Shown piece by piece: positions 55,297 to 64,000 of a stretch of DNA of 64,000 bases. Within the stretch, counting starts at the first letter, position 1, and every line of letters begins with the position of its first letter. The notes below the pieces were generated by a model. It searched no databases. It was given only the letters and a program-made list of their open reading frames with translations, and had not been told where the DNA came from. Source of the stretch: a bacterium (GTDB taxonomy: Bacteria; Patescibacteriota; Microgenomatia; UBA1400; UBA12108); assembly GCA_037133595.1 (NCBI GenBank), contig JBAXNV010000001.1, positions 30,479 through 94,478 of the forward strand, read 5' to 3'. Both the position numbers and the translations under genes were made by a program.

Positions 55297-57048
55297 ATGT
55301 CACATAATACAACTGACCGCCTAAGCTTGGCTTTTGAATTATTTTTACTTGCAATTACAGTCGTCGTTGCTAGGCTTATTTATTGGCAACTTATCAAAGG
55401 TGGTGAGCTCAAGATTCAAGCCGCCGAGCAGCACGCCAAGCAAAGTTCGGTCGAGCCCAAACGCGGTACGATTAAGACAGCCGATGGCTATCCTCTGGTA
55501 TTTACCACTCCAACTTACTCAGTTGTAGAGTATAAGCCTCAGCTCAAAGATACTGCAACCAAGATTACGGATAGTATTTTGCCGCTTCTCAATTTTGAGA
55601 TAAAAGATCCCGTAATCGCAACAGATCCTGCTCAAGTCGCGACAAAAATCAAAGAACTGCAAGACTCAACTCGCCTAGACATGCTCGACAAGCTCAATAC
55701 CAAGAACTGGGCGATATTAGCCAAAGGGGTCACGATCGACGAGAAGCAGCAAATCGAAAATCTCAAATTCCCAGGCATCGCCTTTGAGGAAAGTTTTGTG
55801 CGTGGTTATCCAGAGGCCTCTATGTCTGCTCACGTAATTGGTTTTGTTGGCAAAGATGATATGGATGCGCCAACTGGCTACTTTGGCCTAGAAGGGTTTT
55901 ACAATCGCGAGTTATCAGGTCGGGTTGGTCTGGAAAAAGAAGACAAAGATGCTTCGGGCAACCCTTTGTTGATCAGCACTTTTCGCAAATTATCTGGTCG
56001 TGAAGGACGAGATCTTACGCTGAATATGGAGCGCAGTGTCCAACACATCGTCGAAAGCGAGCTAGCAGCAGCTCTTGTTCGCTACGGCGCCTCAGCGGGC
56101 GAGGTAATTGTGATGGATCCCAATACGGGCGGGATTCTAGCGATGGCAAGCCTCCCGAACTATCAGGGAGATCGGTTTGGGTACTATGACACCAGTCTCT
56201 ACAAAAATCCTAGTATTGCCAACAGCTACGAGCCTGGGAGTACTTTCAAGGTACTAGTCGCTGCCGCAGCATTCAACGAAGGTGCAATTACCAAAGACGA
56301 CAAATGCGACATTTGTGGTGGTCCTCTCCCAATCGACAAATACTTTATCAAGACCTGGGATGGCACTTACCGGCCTGGCGCCACACCCGAAGATATCATT
56401 GTTCACTCCGACAACACGGGTATGGTCTGGATGCAAAGGAAACTTGGGGGCGAGAAAATGGTCGACTATCTTACCAAGTTTGGGATCGGTCAAAAGACTG
56501 GGATTGATCTTCAAGAAGAGGTTGCTCCGCCATTTCGTAGCAAATGGGGAGAAATCGACTACGCGACTTCTTCGTTTGGCCAGGGGATTGCAGTCACCTC
56601 GATTCAAATGATAACGGCTGTTTCGGCGATTGCCAATGGTGGCAAGTTGATGGAGCCTCATGTGGTCAAGAGTGTTGGCGGGGACAAAGGGCTTGAGGTA
56701 GTCCCCAAAGTTATTCGCACAGTAATCTCGCCAGATGCCGCAACAGAAGTCAAAGATCTTATGGTTGCCGCAGTAGAAAAGGGCGAGGCGCAGTGGACCA
56801 AGATAAAGGGTTACAAGGTAGCCGGAAAGACGGGCACGGCTCAGATTGCGGTCGATGGGTATTACGACGCCGAAAAGACCATAGCCAGTTTTGTGGGTTT
56901 TGCTCCAGCCGACAATCCCCGTTTTGTGATGATCACCAAACTTAGAGAACCCACCACCTCAATCTGGGGGAGCGAAACTGCCGCTCCGCTCTTTTTCAAG
57001 ATCGCGCGCCGCTTATTTTTGCACTACAATATCGCGCCCACTCAGTAG
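55297..57048 (+). CDS. ftsI: penicillin-binding protein (peptidoglycan D,D-transpeptidase FtsI)
   Basis: SxxK (GSTFK), SxN (HSDNTG) and KTG (GKTGTAQ) motifs; N-terminal TM. Confidence 0.85.
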   Translation: MSHNTTDRLSLAFELFLLAITVVVARLIYWQLIKGGELKIQAAEQHAKQSSVEPKRGTIKTADGYPLVFTTPTYSVVEYKPQLKDTATKITDSILPLLNFEIKDPVIATDPAQVATKIKELQDSTRLDMLDKLNTKNWAILAKGVTIDEKQQIENLKFPGIAFEESFVRGYPEASMSAHVIGFVGKDDMDAPTGYFGLEGFYNRELSGRVGLEKEDKDASGNPLLISTFRKLSGREGRDLTLNMERSVQHIVESELAAALVRYGASAGEVIVMDPNTGGILAMASLPNYQGDRFGYYDTSLYKNPSIANSYEPGSTFKVLVAAAAFNEGAITKDDKCDICGGPLPIDKYFIKTWDGTYRPGATPEDIIVHSDNTGMVWMQRKLGGEKMVDYLTKFGIGQKTGIDLQEEVAPPFRSKWGEIDYATSSFGQGIAVTSIQMITAVSAIANGGKLMEPHVVKSVGGDKGLEVVPKVIRTVISPDAATEVKDLMVAAVEKGEAQWTKIKGYKVAGKTGTAQIAVDGYYDAEKTIASFVGFAPADNPRFVMITKLREPTTSIWGSETAAPLFFKIARRLFLHYNIAPTQ

Positions 57049-57052
57049 TCAC

Positions 57053-58345
57053 ATGATACAATTATGTCCATCAATTATGAAAAAACAGCTTAAAGATGTC
57101 TTTAGACCTCTCTTTCCCCAGGTCTTGATCAACTACCTGTTTCATCTCCCCAAAGCATTTTTGGCTAGCCGCATTTATGGCAATCCAAGCGCCGATCTAG
57201 AGATAATTGGGGTCACGGGCACAGATGGCAAGACCACCACAACCACGCTCATTTACCATATTCTCAAAATTGCCAAAAAGAAAGTTGCCATGGTCTCCAC
57301 AATCGAAGCCAAAATTGGCAAAAAAAGCCTCAAAACTGGCTTTCACGTGACCTCTCCCGACCCATTTTCACTTCAAAAATTTTTGCGCATGATGCGCTCT
57401 CAAAAGATTCGCTATGTAGTACTTGAGATGACCAGTCACGGTCTGGATCAATTCCGCTTTTACCCCATCAAGCCCTCAATTGCAGTTTTAACCAACATTA
57501 CCCACGAACATCTCGATTACCACAAAACCTTTGACAAGTACAAAGACGCCAAGCTCAAATTATTCCGCCACGCCAAGTATGCCGTCGTCAACAAAGATTT
57601 ATCGACCTTTCAGGATCTCAATCGTCGCCTCAGCAAGGTTCTTTTCTCGACATATTCGATCGATCAAGAGTCTCAGCTGCGTCCTTCGCATGTTGAGTAC
57701 GGCGTAGGCTATACCAAGTTTAATATTGGCAAAATAGAATACATGGTCCCTCTAACCGGTCGCTACAATCTCGAAAATACTTTGGCAGCCATAAGTACAG
57801 CATTGCTATTGGATATTGCTCCTTCAGAAATCAAAAAAGCACTCATGAGCTTCCCGGGTCTTAAAGGTCGCTTCGAAACGGTAGAGAATGACAGGGGTAT
57901 TAATTCCATCGTTGATTTTGCACACACTCCAAATGCTCTTCGCGAGGTATTGCAAAATGTTCGTTCTCAGATGAGCCAGGGACAGCGATTAATTGTAGTT
58001 TTTGGCTCGGCAGGGTTAAGAGATGAGTCCAAAAGACCACTTATGGGTCAGGCTGCTAGTGAGTTTGCCGACGAGATCGTTCTTACCGCCGAGGATCCAC
58101 GCACCGAGGATCCAGGAGCAATCGCAGCCGCCATTCAATCTGGCATTGCCAAGAAAAAGCTTAAATTAGTTCACGTTGAGCTTGATCGCCAAGCTGCAAT
58201 TGATCTAGCAATCAACAAGCTTGCCAAAGCTGGAGATTGGGTCGTATGTGCTGGCAAAGGTCACGAAGAATCTATGTGTTATGGTACAGTAGAGACACCC
58301 TGGTCAGATCGCGTTGCGGTCGAGACTGCACTAACAAACAAGTAA
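57053..58345 (+). CDS. murE: UDP-N-acetylmuramoyl-L-alanyl-D-glutamate--2,6-diaminopimelate (or L-Lys) ligase MurE, short form
   Basis: GVTGTDGKTTTT; LEMTSHGLDQFR (the MurE S-S-H-A-L-x-Q-x-R equivalent); DFAHTPNAL; GRFE. Confidence 0.75.
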   Translation: MIQLCPSIMKKQLKDVFRPLFPQVLINYLFHLPKAFLASRIYGNPSADLEIIGVTGTDGKTTTTTLIYHILKIAKKKVAMVSTIEAKIGKKSLKTGFHVTSPDPFSLQKFLRMMRSQKIRYVVLEMTSHGLDQFRFYPIKPSIAVLTNITHEHLDYHKTFDKYKDAKLKLFRHAKYAVVNKDLSTFQDLNRRLSKVLFSTYSIDQESQLRPSHVEYGVGYTKFNIGKIEYMVPLTGRYNLENTLAAISTALLLDIAPSEIKKALMSFPGLKGRFETVENDRGINSIVDFAHTPNALREVLQNVRSQMSQGQRLIVVFGSAGLRDESKRPLMGQAASEFADEIVLTAEDPRTEDPGAIAAAIQSGIAKKKLKLVHVELDRQAAIDLAINKLAKAGDWVVCAGKGHEESMCYGTVETPWSDRVAVETALTNK

Positions 58346-58352
58346 GGAAGTT

Positions 58353-59102
58353 ATGTCCAATCTTAAGCACACAGCCGCCATTATTTTAGCTGCTGGCAAG
58401 GGCTCCAGGATGCATGCCAAGCTCAAAAACAAGGTAGCTTTTGTTCTCGATGGACAGCCGATGGTTGCCCGTGCCGCGACCAATCTTAGGTTAGCCGGAG
58501 TTGGCCAAATCATTGCCGTTGTTGGCTTTGCCGCCGACTCTGTCAAAAAAGCTCTTGGCGACCAGGTAACTTACGTCACTCAGAGTGAACAACTTGGGAC
58601 CGGCCATGCCATCAAAACTGCGCTCCCCGCCATGGCACCCGAGATGACGACTGTGCTCTCAGTTTATGGCGACGACTCAGCTTTTTACCCCGCAACACTT
58701 TATGAGTCTATGATTCACAAGCTTATTGAGAGCGGCTCGGGACTTTTGTTTTTAACAATCATCAAGGAAGATCCTTTTGGGCTCGGTCGCATCATAAGAG
58801 ACAATGTTGGCAATGTACTTCGAATTGTCGAAGAAAAAAACGCAACCGAAAAAGAGAAGCAAATCCAAGAAATAAACACTGGTTTTTACTGTTTCAAACG
58901 CGATTTTTTAGAGAAATATATTTGCGAAATTACTCAAAATGAGATTTCTGGCGAGTACTACCTGACAGATCTTGTTGAAATTGCGCTAAAACACGGCGAA
59001 AAAGTAGACACTTATCGGGCAGATAGTAATCTTTGGCACGGCGTCAACAACAGGAGTGATTTTGCCAAAGCCAGGGTCAAGATTTCCAAAAATTATGAAT
59101 AA
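58353..59102 (+). CDS. sugar-1-phosphate nucleotidyltransferase, GlmU N-terminal (UDP-GlcNAc pyrophosphorylase) domain only
   Basis: AIILAAGKGSRM; QSEQLGTGHAIKTALP (GlmU signature); 249 aa with no LbH acetyltransferase domain. Confidence 0.6.
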   Translation: MSNLKHTAAIILAAGKGSRMHAKLKNKVAFVLDGQPMVARAATNLRLAGVGQIIAVVGFAADSVKKALGDQVTYVTQSEQLGTGHAIKTALPAMAPEMTTVLSVYGDDSAFYPATLYESMIHKLIESGSGLLFLTIIKEDPFGLGRIIRDNVGNVLRIVEEKNATEKEKQIQEINTGFYCFKRDFLEKYICEITQNEISGEYYLTDLVEIALKHGEKVDTYRADSNLWHGVNNRSDFAKARVKISKNYE

Positions 59103-61326
59103 AAAAGCCTATTTTATCGGAATAAAGGGAGTCGGAATGATGGCTCTTGCTCTTGCCATGCAAGATGTTGGCTGGCAGGTTTCAGGGTCAGATACAGCCG
59201 AAAACTTCATTACCGATCACGTGCTTTCCGCCCGCAACCTAGAGGTCCGTCCCCTAGGCTCTGCGATCCCAGAGGGGACGGACCTCATCGTTTACTCAAC
59301 TGCTTACACAAAGCCAATCCATCCCACAGCCAAAATAGTTTCGCTTGCTCAGGCATTAGCTGATTTTGTAAAAGATCGAACAGTTATCGCTGTGGCAGGG
59401 GTAGGGGGCAAGACTACAACTAGCGCCATGCTCGCAACGCTGTTTCGCGCTGCTGGCCGCGATGCTGGGTATTATATAGGCACAAGCGATATCGTAGGGC
59501 TCAATGCTCCAGGAGCCGCTGGCACTGATCCAGTGTATATAATCGAAGCCGATGAGTATGCTATCAGCAAGTCGGATTCACGCCCCAAATTTGCACTACT
59601 AAACCCCAATATTCTCATTACCACCAATATTCAGCACGATCATCCTGACATTTATCCAGACGAAGCCTCAACTCTTGGAACTTTTCGCACTCTTGTTGAG
59701 AGTTTACCACAGGGTTCTACATGGATCGCCTGCGAAGACGATCAACTAACTCATCAATTATTGTGCGACCCTCAAGGTCTGACCCTGAGGGCCAAAACCA
59801 TACGCTACGGAAAGTCGCATCCAATATATCAACAGCTTTCACTCTCTGTCTTTGGCGATCACAACAAGCTGGATGGCACGGCCGCCGTTCTTGCGGCGAT
59901 CGAATCTGGGATCACGATGAAAGAGGCAGTTGTTGCGATCCAAAGTTACAAGGGCGCGACTCGTCGCCAAGAAAAAATGGGTGAGGTTGCAGGGCGTCTT
60001 TTGTACGATGACTACGGGCATCATCCCCACGAAATCGAGTCGACCGTGTCTGCTTTCAAACAAGCTTTCCCACGTAACAAAATAACTCTCGTCTTCGAGT
60101 CTCACACTTATTCGCGCACCGAAAAGTTGCTAGTCGAATTCGCCAAAGCAATTGCGCTTGCCGACAACTGCTACATCATGCCAATTTTTGAAAGTGCTCG
60201 TGAGAAGGGCCAGCCTCACTCTGTTACCCCAGAGAGTTTTGCCAAAGAAGTTGCCAAGTACAATAACAACGTCAAAGCTCTTACTTGGGATAACGCGGCA
60301 GAGACTATCGCCCAAGAGAGCCGTGAAAAAGACCTCATTCTTACAATGGGCGCAGGATTTGTTTATAAGTTGCACACTGAGTTAAGGTCTGTTCTTGAAA
60401 GGAATTCACGAGTGCAACTCGAGAAGGGCTCGCCGGCAGGTGAAAGGACAGATCTCATGGGATTAATCATACAAAAAAACATTCCTTTAGCAAAGTACAC
60501 TTATTTCAAGCTTGGTGGTCCCTCCGATTATTTTGTAGAAGTCAAAACAATTGTCGAGCTAACAACGGCGCTCTCTTATGCCCAAGATCACAAACTCCCA
60601 TATTTTATCCTAGGTAGTGGTAGTAACATCCTCGTTACCGACAAAGGGTTTCGGGGACTTGTCATCAAAAATAAAATTGCAAACATCACTCAGCAAGACA
60701 ATATCTTGACTGCGGATTCTGGCGTTCCAGTTAATCAACTGGTGACATATGCGATTGCTCAAGGTCTTGCTGGTCTTGAAGATTTCTTGGGGCTGCCAGG
60801 CACTGTCGGGGGGGCGATATTTAACAATGCTCATCACATGGGCGATCTCATTGGCAACCACGTGGTTAATGTCAAAGTTCTTGAGGCAGATGGCAAGATT
60901 AGTACTCTCACTCACAAAGAGCTTGATTTTGCCTATGATTATTCGCGTTTGCACAACACCGACGAGATTATTCTCTCAGTGTCATTTCAGCTCACCAAAA
61001 AAGACAAAGAAGAACTTGCCCAAAAAGGTCAATTTGCTGTGGCGCGCCGCGCCAAGACCCAACCACTCGGTTCCTCAAGCTCTGGCTGTATCTTTCAAAA
61101 TCCAAGTAGCACCCAATCCGCTGGTTACCTCATCGATCAGGCAGGTCTCAAGGGCGCGCGCGTTGGTGGCGCGGTAGTAAGTGATGTACACGCCAACTTT
61201 ATCGTCAACGACGGTAGTGCGACCTCCTCGGATGTGCTTGATCTTATCGAGTTAATTAAGGCCAAAGTGTACCAGGTACATGGTGTAAACCTTGTCAGTG
61301 AAGTGTTTGTGATTGGCGAAAAATAG
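59095..61326 (+). CDS. murC-murB: fused UDP-N-acetylmuramate--L-alanine ligase / UDP-N-acetylenolpyruvoylglucosamine reductase (MurC-MurB)
   Basis: MurC half: FIGIKGVGMMALA, GVGGKTTTSAM, DDYGHHPHEI. MurB half: YFKLGGPSDYF, LGSGSNILV, GLPGTVGGAIFNNA, SSGCIFQNP. Carries copy 2 of the 23-nt element. Confidence 0.8.
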   Translation: MNKKAYFIGIKGVGMMALALAMQDVGWQVSGSDTAENFITDHVLSARNLEVRPLGSAIPEGTDLIVYSTAYTKPIHPTAKIVSLAQALADFVKDRTVIAVAGVGGKTTTSAMLATLFRAAGRDAGYYIGTSDIVGLNAPGAAGTDPVYIIEADEYAISKSDSRPKFALLNPNILITTNIQHDHPDIYPDEASTLGTFRTLVESLPQGSTWIACEDDQLTHQLLCDPQGLTLRAKTIRYGKSHPIYQQLSLSVFGDHNKLDGTAAVLAAIESGITMKEAVVAIQSYKGATRRQEKMGEVAGRLLYDDYGHHPHEIESTVSAFKQAFPRNKITLVFESHTYSRTEKLLVEFAKAIALADNCYIMPIFESAREKGQPHSVTPESFAKEVAKYNNNVKALTWDNAAETIAQESREKDLILTMGAGFVYKLHTELRSVLERNSRVQLEKGSPAGERTDLMGLIIQKNIPLAKYTYFKLGGPSDYFVEVKTIVELTTALSYAQDHKLPYFILGSGSNILVTDKGFRGLVIKNKIANITQQDNILTADSGVPVNQLVTYAIAQGLAGLEDFLGLPGTVGGAIFNNAHHMGDLIGNHVVNVKVLEADGKISTLTHKELDFAYDYSRLHNTDEIILSVSFQLTKKDKEELAQKGQFAVARRAKTQPLGSSSSGCIFQNPSSTQSAGYLIDQAGLKGARVGGAVVSDVHANFIVNDGSATSSDVLDLIELIKAKVYQVHGVNLVSEVFVIGEK
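59769..59791. repeat. 23-nt near-palindromic element CCCTCAAGGTCTGACCCTGAGGG (copy 2, in-frame in murC, encoding PQGLTLR)
   Basis: Identical to 45275-45297. Confidence 0.7.
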
Positions 61327-61349
61327 ATAACTCCTATACAATCTCTCCT

Positions 61350-62678
61350 ATGACAAGTTTCAAAATCAAAGGCGGATCTCCTCTTCGAGGCGCAGTACGT
61401 CTTGGTGGAGCCAAAAATGCCAGCTTCAAGCTTATGATCGCCGCAGCATGTGGCGTGGGCGAGTCACGACTGCTCAACATGAGTAATATTGGCGATGTCG
61501 ATGTTACTTTTCGCACTCTCGAGGCACTTGGTGTCAAATGTACTCGACCTGGCGATAATACAGTTTATGTTGTCGGCAACGGGATCAATTCAGACACAAT
61601 CCCTCAATTTGCAGGTGAGAAAAGTCGCGCCAGTACGCTTTTTGCAGGCCTTCTTCTTAACAAAAAGGGTAGGGCGGTGATTCCTCAACCTGGTGGATGC
61701 GCTCTAGGCGATCGCCCAGTAGAGCGCCATCTCGATGGCTTTCGTGCCATGGGTGCAACCGTAGAATGTACAGATAACGCAATTGTCATGGAGGCTCCAG
61801 ATGGTCTTCATGGTGCAACCTACAAGTTTGACAAAAAAAGCCACACTGGTACTGAGGCTATAATTATTGCGGCAGTTCTTGCTCACGGCAAAACAGTAAT
61901 CGAGAATGCAGGCCTTGAGCCAGAGATTGATGACCTCATCAATTTCTTCAACAAAATGGGTGCAAGTATTAGCCGTATGGGCAATGGAGAGACGATTGTG
62001 ATCGAAGGGGTTGATACGTTATATGGCGCTACACATCGCGTCATGTGTGATCGCAATGAGGCTGTAAGCTATGCCACGATGGCGATAGCTTCCAAAGGCG
62101 ATATTATCGTTGAAGGCGCAGATCCCAAGTATCTTACTGCCTTTCTCAACAAGCTTGATCAGGCGGGTGGACGCTACGAAATCGAAGAATACGGCATCCG
62201 TTTTTGGTATGACTCACCGCTTGTTGCAACAGATCTCACAACCGGACCTGAGCCAGATTTTATGACAGACTGGCAGCCTCTCTGGACTACCATGATGACT
62301 CAGGCTAAAGGAGAAAGTCATGTTATCGAGGCTGTGCACAACAATCGCCTGGCATTTACGAGCCAACTCAACTCGATGGGGGCAAACATCGAAACCTACG
62401 ATCCAATGCCAGAGGATCCAAGTGGTTTCTACGAGTTCGAGTGGCCCGAACGTGTCAAAAACCCTCATGCCGCAAAGATCATTGGTCCAACCCCTCTTGT
62501 CGGCAAGCTGGATCTTACTGTTCCAGATTTACGCGGCGGTGCGACTCTAGTTATGGCAGCTCTAATTGCCGAGGGTACAACAATCATCAAAGATATCGAA
62601 CAGATTGATCGAGGCTACGAGAGTTTCGACGAAAGACTGCGAAATCTCTCTGCAAGTATCGAACGTATTGAGGGCTAA
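61350..62678 (+). CDS. murA: UDP-N-acetylglucosamine 1-carboxyvinyltransferase
   Basis: LGGAKNASFKLM; PGGCALGDRPV (active-site Cys). Confidence 0.9.
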   Translation: MTSFKIKGGSPLRGAVRLGGAKNASFKLMIAAACGVGESRLLNMSNIGDVDVTFRTLEALGVKCTRPGDNTVYVVGNGINSDTIPQFAGEKSRASTLFAGLLLNKKGRAVIPQPGGCALGDRPVERHLDGFRAMGATVECTDNAIVMEAPDGLHGATYKFDKKSHTGTEAIIIAAVLAHGKTVIENAGLEPEIDDLINFFNKMGASISRMGNGETIVIEGVDTLYGATHRVMCDRNEAVSYATMAIASKGDIIVEGADPKYLTAFLNKLDQAGGRYEIEEYGIRFWYDSPLVATDLTTGPEPDFMTDWQPLWTTMMTQAKGESHVIEAVHNNRLAFTSQLNSMGANIETYDPMPEDPSGFYEFEWPERVKNPHAAKIIGPTPLVGKLDLTVPDLRGGATLVMAALIAEGTTIIKDIEQIDRGYESFDERLRNLSASIERIEG

Positions 62679-62680
62679 TT

Positions 62681-63820
62681 ATGTCTTCTCAAATTATCAA
62701 ATGTCCAGAGTGCGGCCACCAATTTGCGCTCGATGACGTGCTAGCTCACCAGCTCGAGGAAGCAGCTCTCAAGGCAGTTGAGCTCAAGCACCAACAGGCT
62801 CTTGCACAAGCTATCGAAAAAGCCAAGTCTCAAGTTAGCTCGGATCTTGAGCTCAAGCTCAAATCACTTTCTGATCAGGCAGCTGAGGAGAAGGAGCGCA
62901 ACAAAAAACTCATGGTAGAGCTACTGGAGCAAGGCAAAATGTTGCGCCAGGCCCAAGTCGACAAAGAAGCATCGGCACTTGAGCTTCAAAAGAAACTCGC
63001 TGAGTCCGAGGCCAAACTCAAGATTGAGATCAAAACCAAAGCTGATGAGGAGCACGCCCTCAAAGGGATGGAAAAAGACAAGATAATCGCCGATCTACAA
63101 AAGTCGCTCTCTGATGCTCAGCGAAAGGCCGAGCAGGGGAGCCAGCAGACGCAAGGCGAGGTGCTTGAGCTCGAGATCGAAGCAATACTAAAAAAAGAGT
63201 TCCCACTAGATCAAATAAACGAAGTTAAAAAAGGGGTAAATGGCGCCGACATTACCCAGCTAGTTTTTGACAAATCGGGGAGAGAATGTGGCACTATCCT
63301 GTGGGAAACCAAGAACGGCAAATGGAGTGGTGGGTGGATTCCCAAGCTCAAAGAAGACGCAAGACTGGCCCATGCTCATATTTCAATTCTCGTTGCAGTA
63401 AATCCCCCCGAAGACATCAAAACCTATGCTTATCGCGAAGGTGTTTGGGTAACCACTCGCGCCATGGTCGCGGCTCTAGCAAGTGTATTGCGTTTTAATC
63501 TCTACAACCTCATGCTTGAACAATCCAAAAATCAGAACAAGACGGAGAAGCAGGAGATATTGTGGGCATACATCACCAGCCACGATTTTCAGGCACGCAT
63601 CGAAGCCATGATGGAAAATTACAATGCCATGCAAACAGAGATCGAGCGCGAAAAGCGCTGGTTTTTGACCAAATGGGCAAGGCAGGACAAACAGCTTCGC
63701 ACGCTAATAGATCATACCAATGGTGTTTATGGCGATTTGCAAGGTGTCGTTGGCAAGAGTCTTCCAGACATCGCTATTCAAGAAATTGGTCTTATACCCA
63801 ATACCACATTATTGGAATAA
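62681..63820 (+). CDS. zinc-ribbon plus long coiled-coil protein, DUF2130-like
   Basis: N-terminal CPECGHQF; extended coiled coil; conserved C-terminal region. Confidence 0.35.
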   Translation: MSSQIIKCPECGHQFALDDVLAHQLEEAALKAVELKHQQALAQAIEKAKSQVSSDLELKLKSLSDQAAEEKERNKKLMVELLEQGKMLRQAQVDKEASALELQKKLAESEAKLKIEIKTKADEEHALKGMEKDKIIADLQKSLSDAQRKAEQGSQQTQGEVLELEIEAILKKEFPLDQINEVKKGVNGADITQLVFDKSGRECGTILWETKNGKWSGGWIPKLKEDARLAHAHISILVAVNPPEDIKTYAYREGVWVTTRAMVAALASVLRFNLYNLMLEQSKNQNKTEKQEILWAYITSHDFQARIEAMMENYNAMQTEIEREKRWFLTKWARQDKQLRTLIDHTNGVYGDLQGVVGKSLPDIAIQEIGLIPNTTLLE

Positions 63821-63824
63821 AATT

Positions 63825-64000
63825 ATGAATGACATACCTAATCCTGTGTTAGAGGCAGTTAGAGATAGGATGATGAGTGGAGAAGATCCTGAGACAATTG
63901 TTAATGACATGTTTGATTTGCAAATTATTAAGATGCCAGCAGAAAGAGTAAGTAGGGCAGAGCAATTTCTTAATATAGATCATGCACGGCTTGAGGACGA
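63825..64000 (+). CDS. 5' end of an unknown gene (runs off the window)
   Basis: ATG at 63825, open to the end of the window; A/T-richer codons. Confidence 0.25.
   Translation, partial: MNDIPNPVLEAVRDRMMSGEDPETIVNDMFDLQIIKMPAERVSRAEQFLNIDHARLED

Noticed and set aside
1-64000. CRISPR arrays, tRNA/rRNA genes, transposases or integrases
   Set aside because: I found no regularly spaced direct repeats with unique spacers and no cloverleaf-compatible 70-90 nt segments in intergenic gaps, which are nearly all under 120 bp. No DDE/tyrosine-recombinase motifs appeared in any ORF. Mobility is inferred only from compositional bias at 23375-31752.

Overview
This 64 kb window is gene-dense and compact. 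Many adjacent genes have ATGA, GTGA or TAATG start/stop overlaps, and TTG/GTG starts are frequent. The sequence most likely comes from a small-genome bacterium with peptidoglycan, possibly Patescibacteria/CPR-like; that assignment is inference only. About 75% of the window is an exceptionally dense glycan-assembly locus: roughly 8 GT2, 9 GT4 and about 9 polytopic GT-C-like membrane glycosyltransferases; an initiating polyprenyl-phosphate sugar phosphotransferase; a Wzx flippase; a Wzm/Wzt ABC exporter; a Wzy_C/O-antigen-ligase-like protein; ManC; a UDP-GlcNAc 4,6-dehydratase / reductase / 2-epimerase trio (FnlABC-like); and two acetyltransferases. An 8.4 kb low-GC cassette (23375-31752, about 30% GC against flanks of about 50%) looks horizontally acquired. 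Interspersed accessory genes are two paralogous class-II Fic genes, each with tandem 10-11 bp repeats abutting its start codon; a HigB/HigA-like pair; an AbiEii-type nucleotidyltransferase with a small partner; a Xth-like AP endonuclease convergent with Ung; and a TrpR/YerC-like regulator flanked by palindromes. The 3' third carries recO, glyQS and an atypical dcw cluster: mraZ, rsmH, ftsL, ftsI, murE, a GlmU N-domain-only nucleotidyltransferase, a MurC-MurB fusion, murA and a DUF2130-like protein. A 23-nt near-palindromic element occurs in-frame in two unrelated genes. I found no rRNA, tRNA, CRISPR array or transposase.
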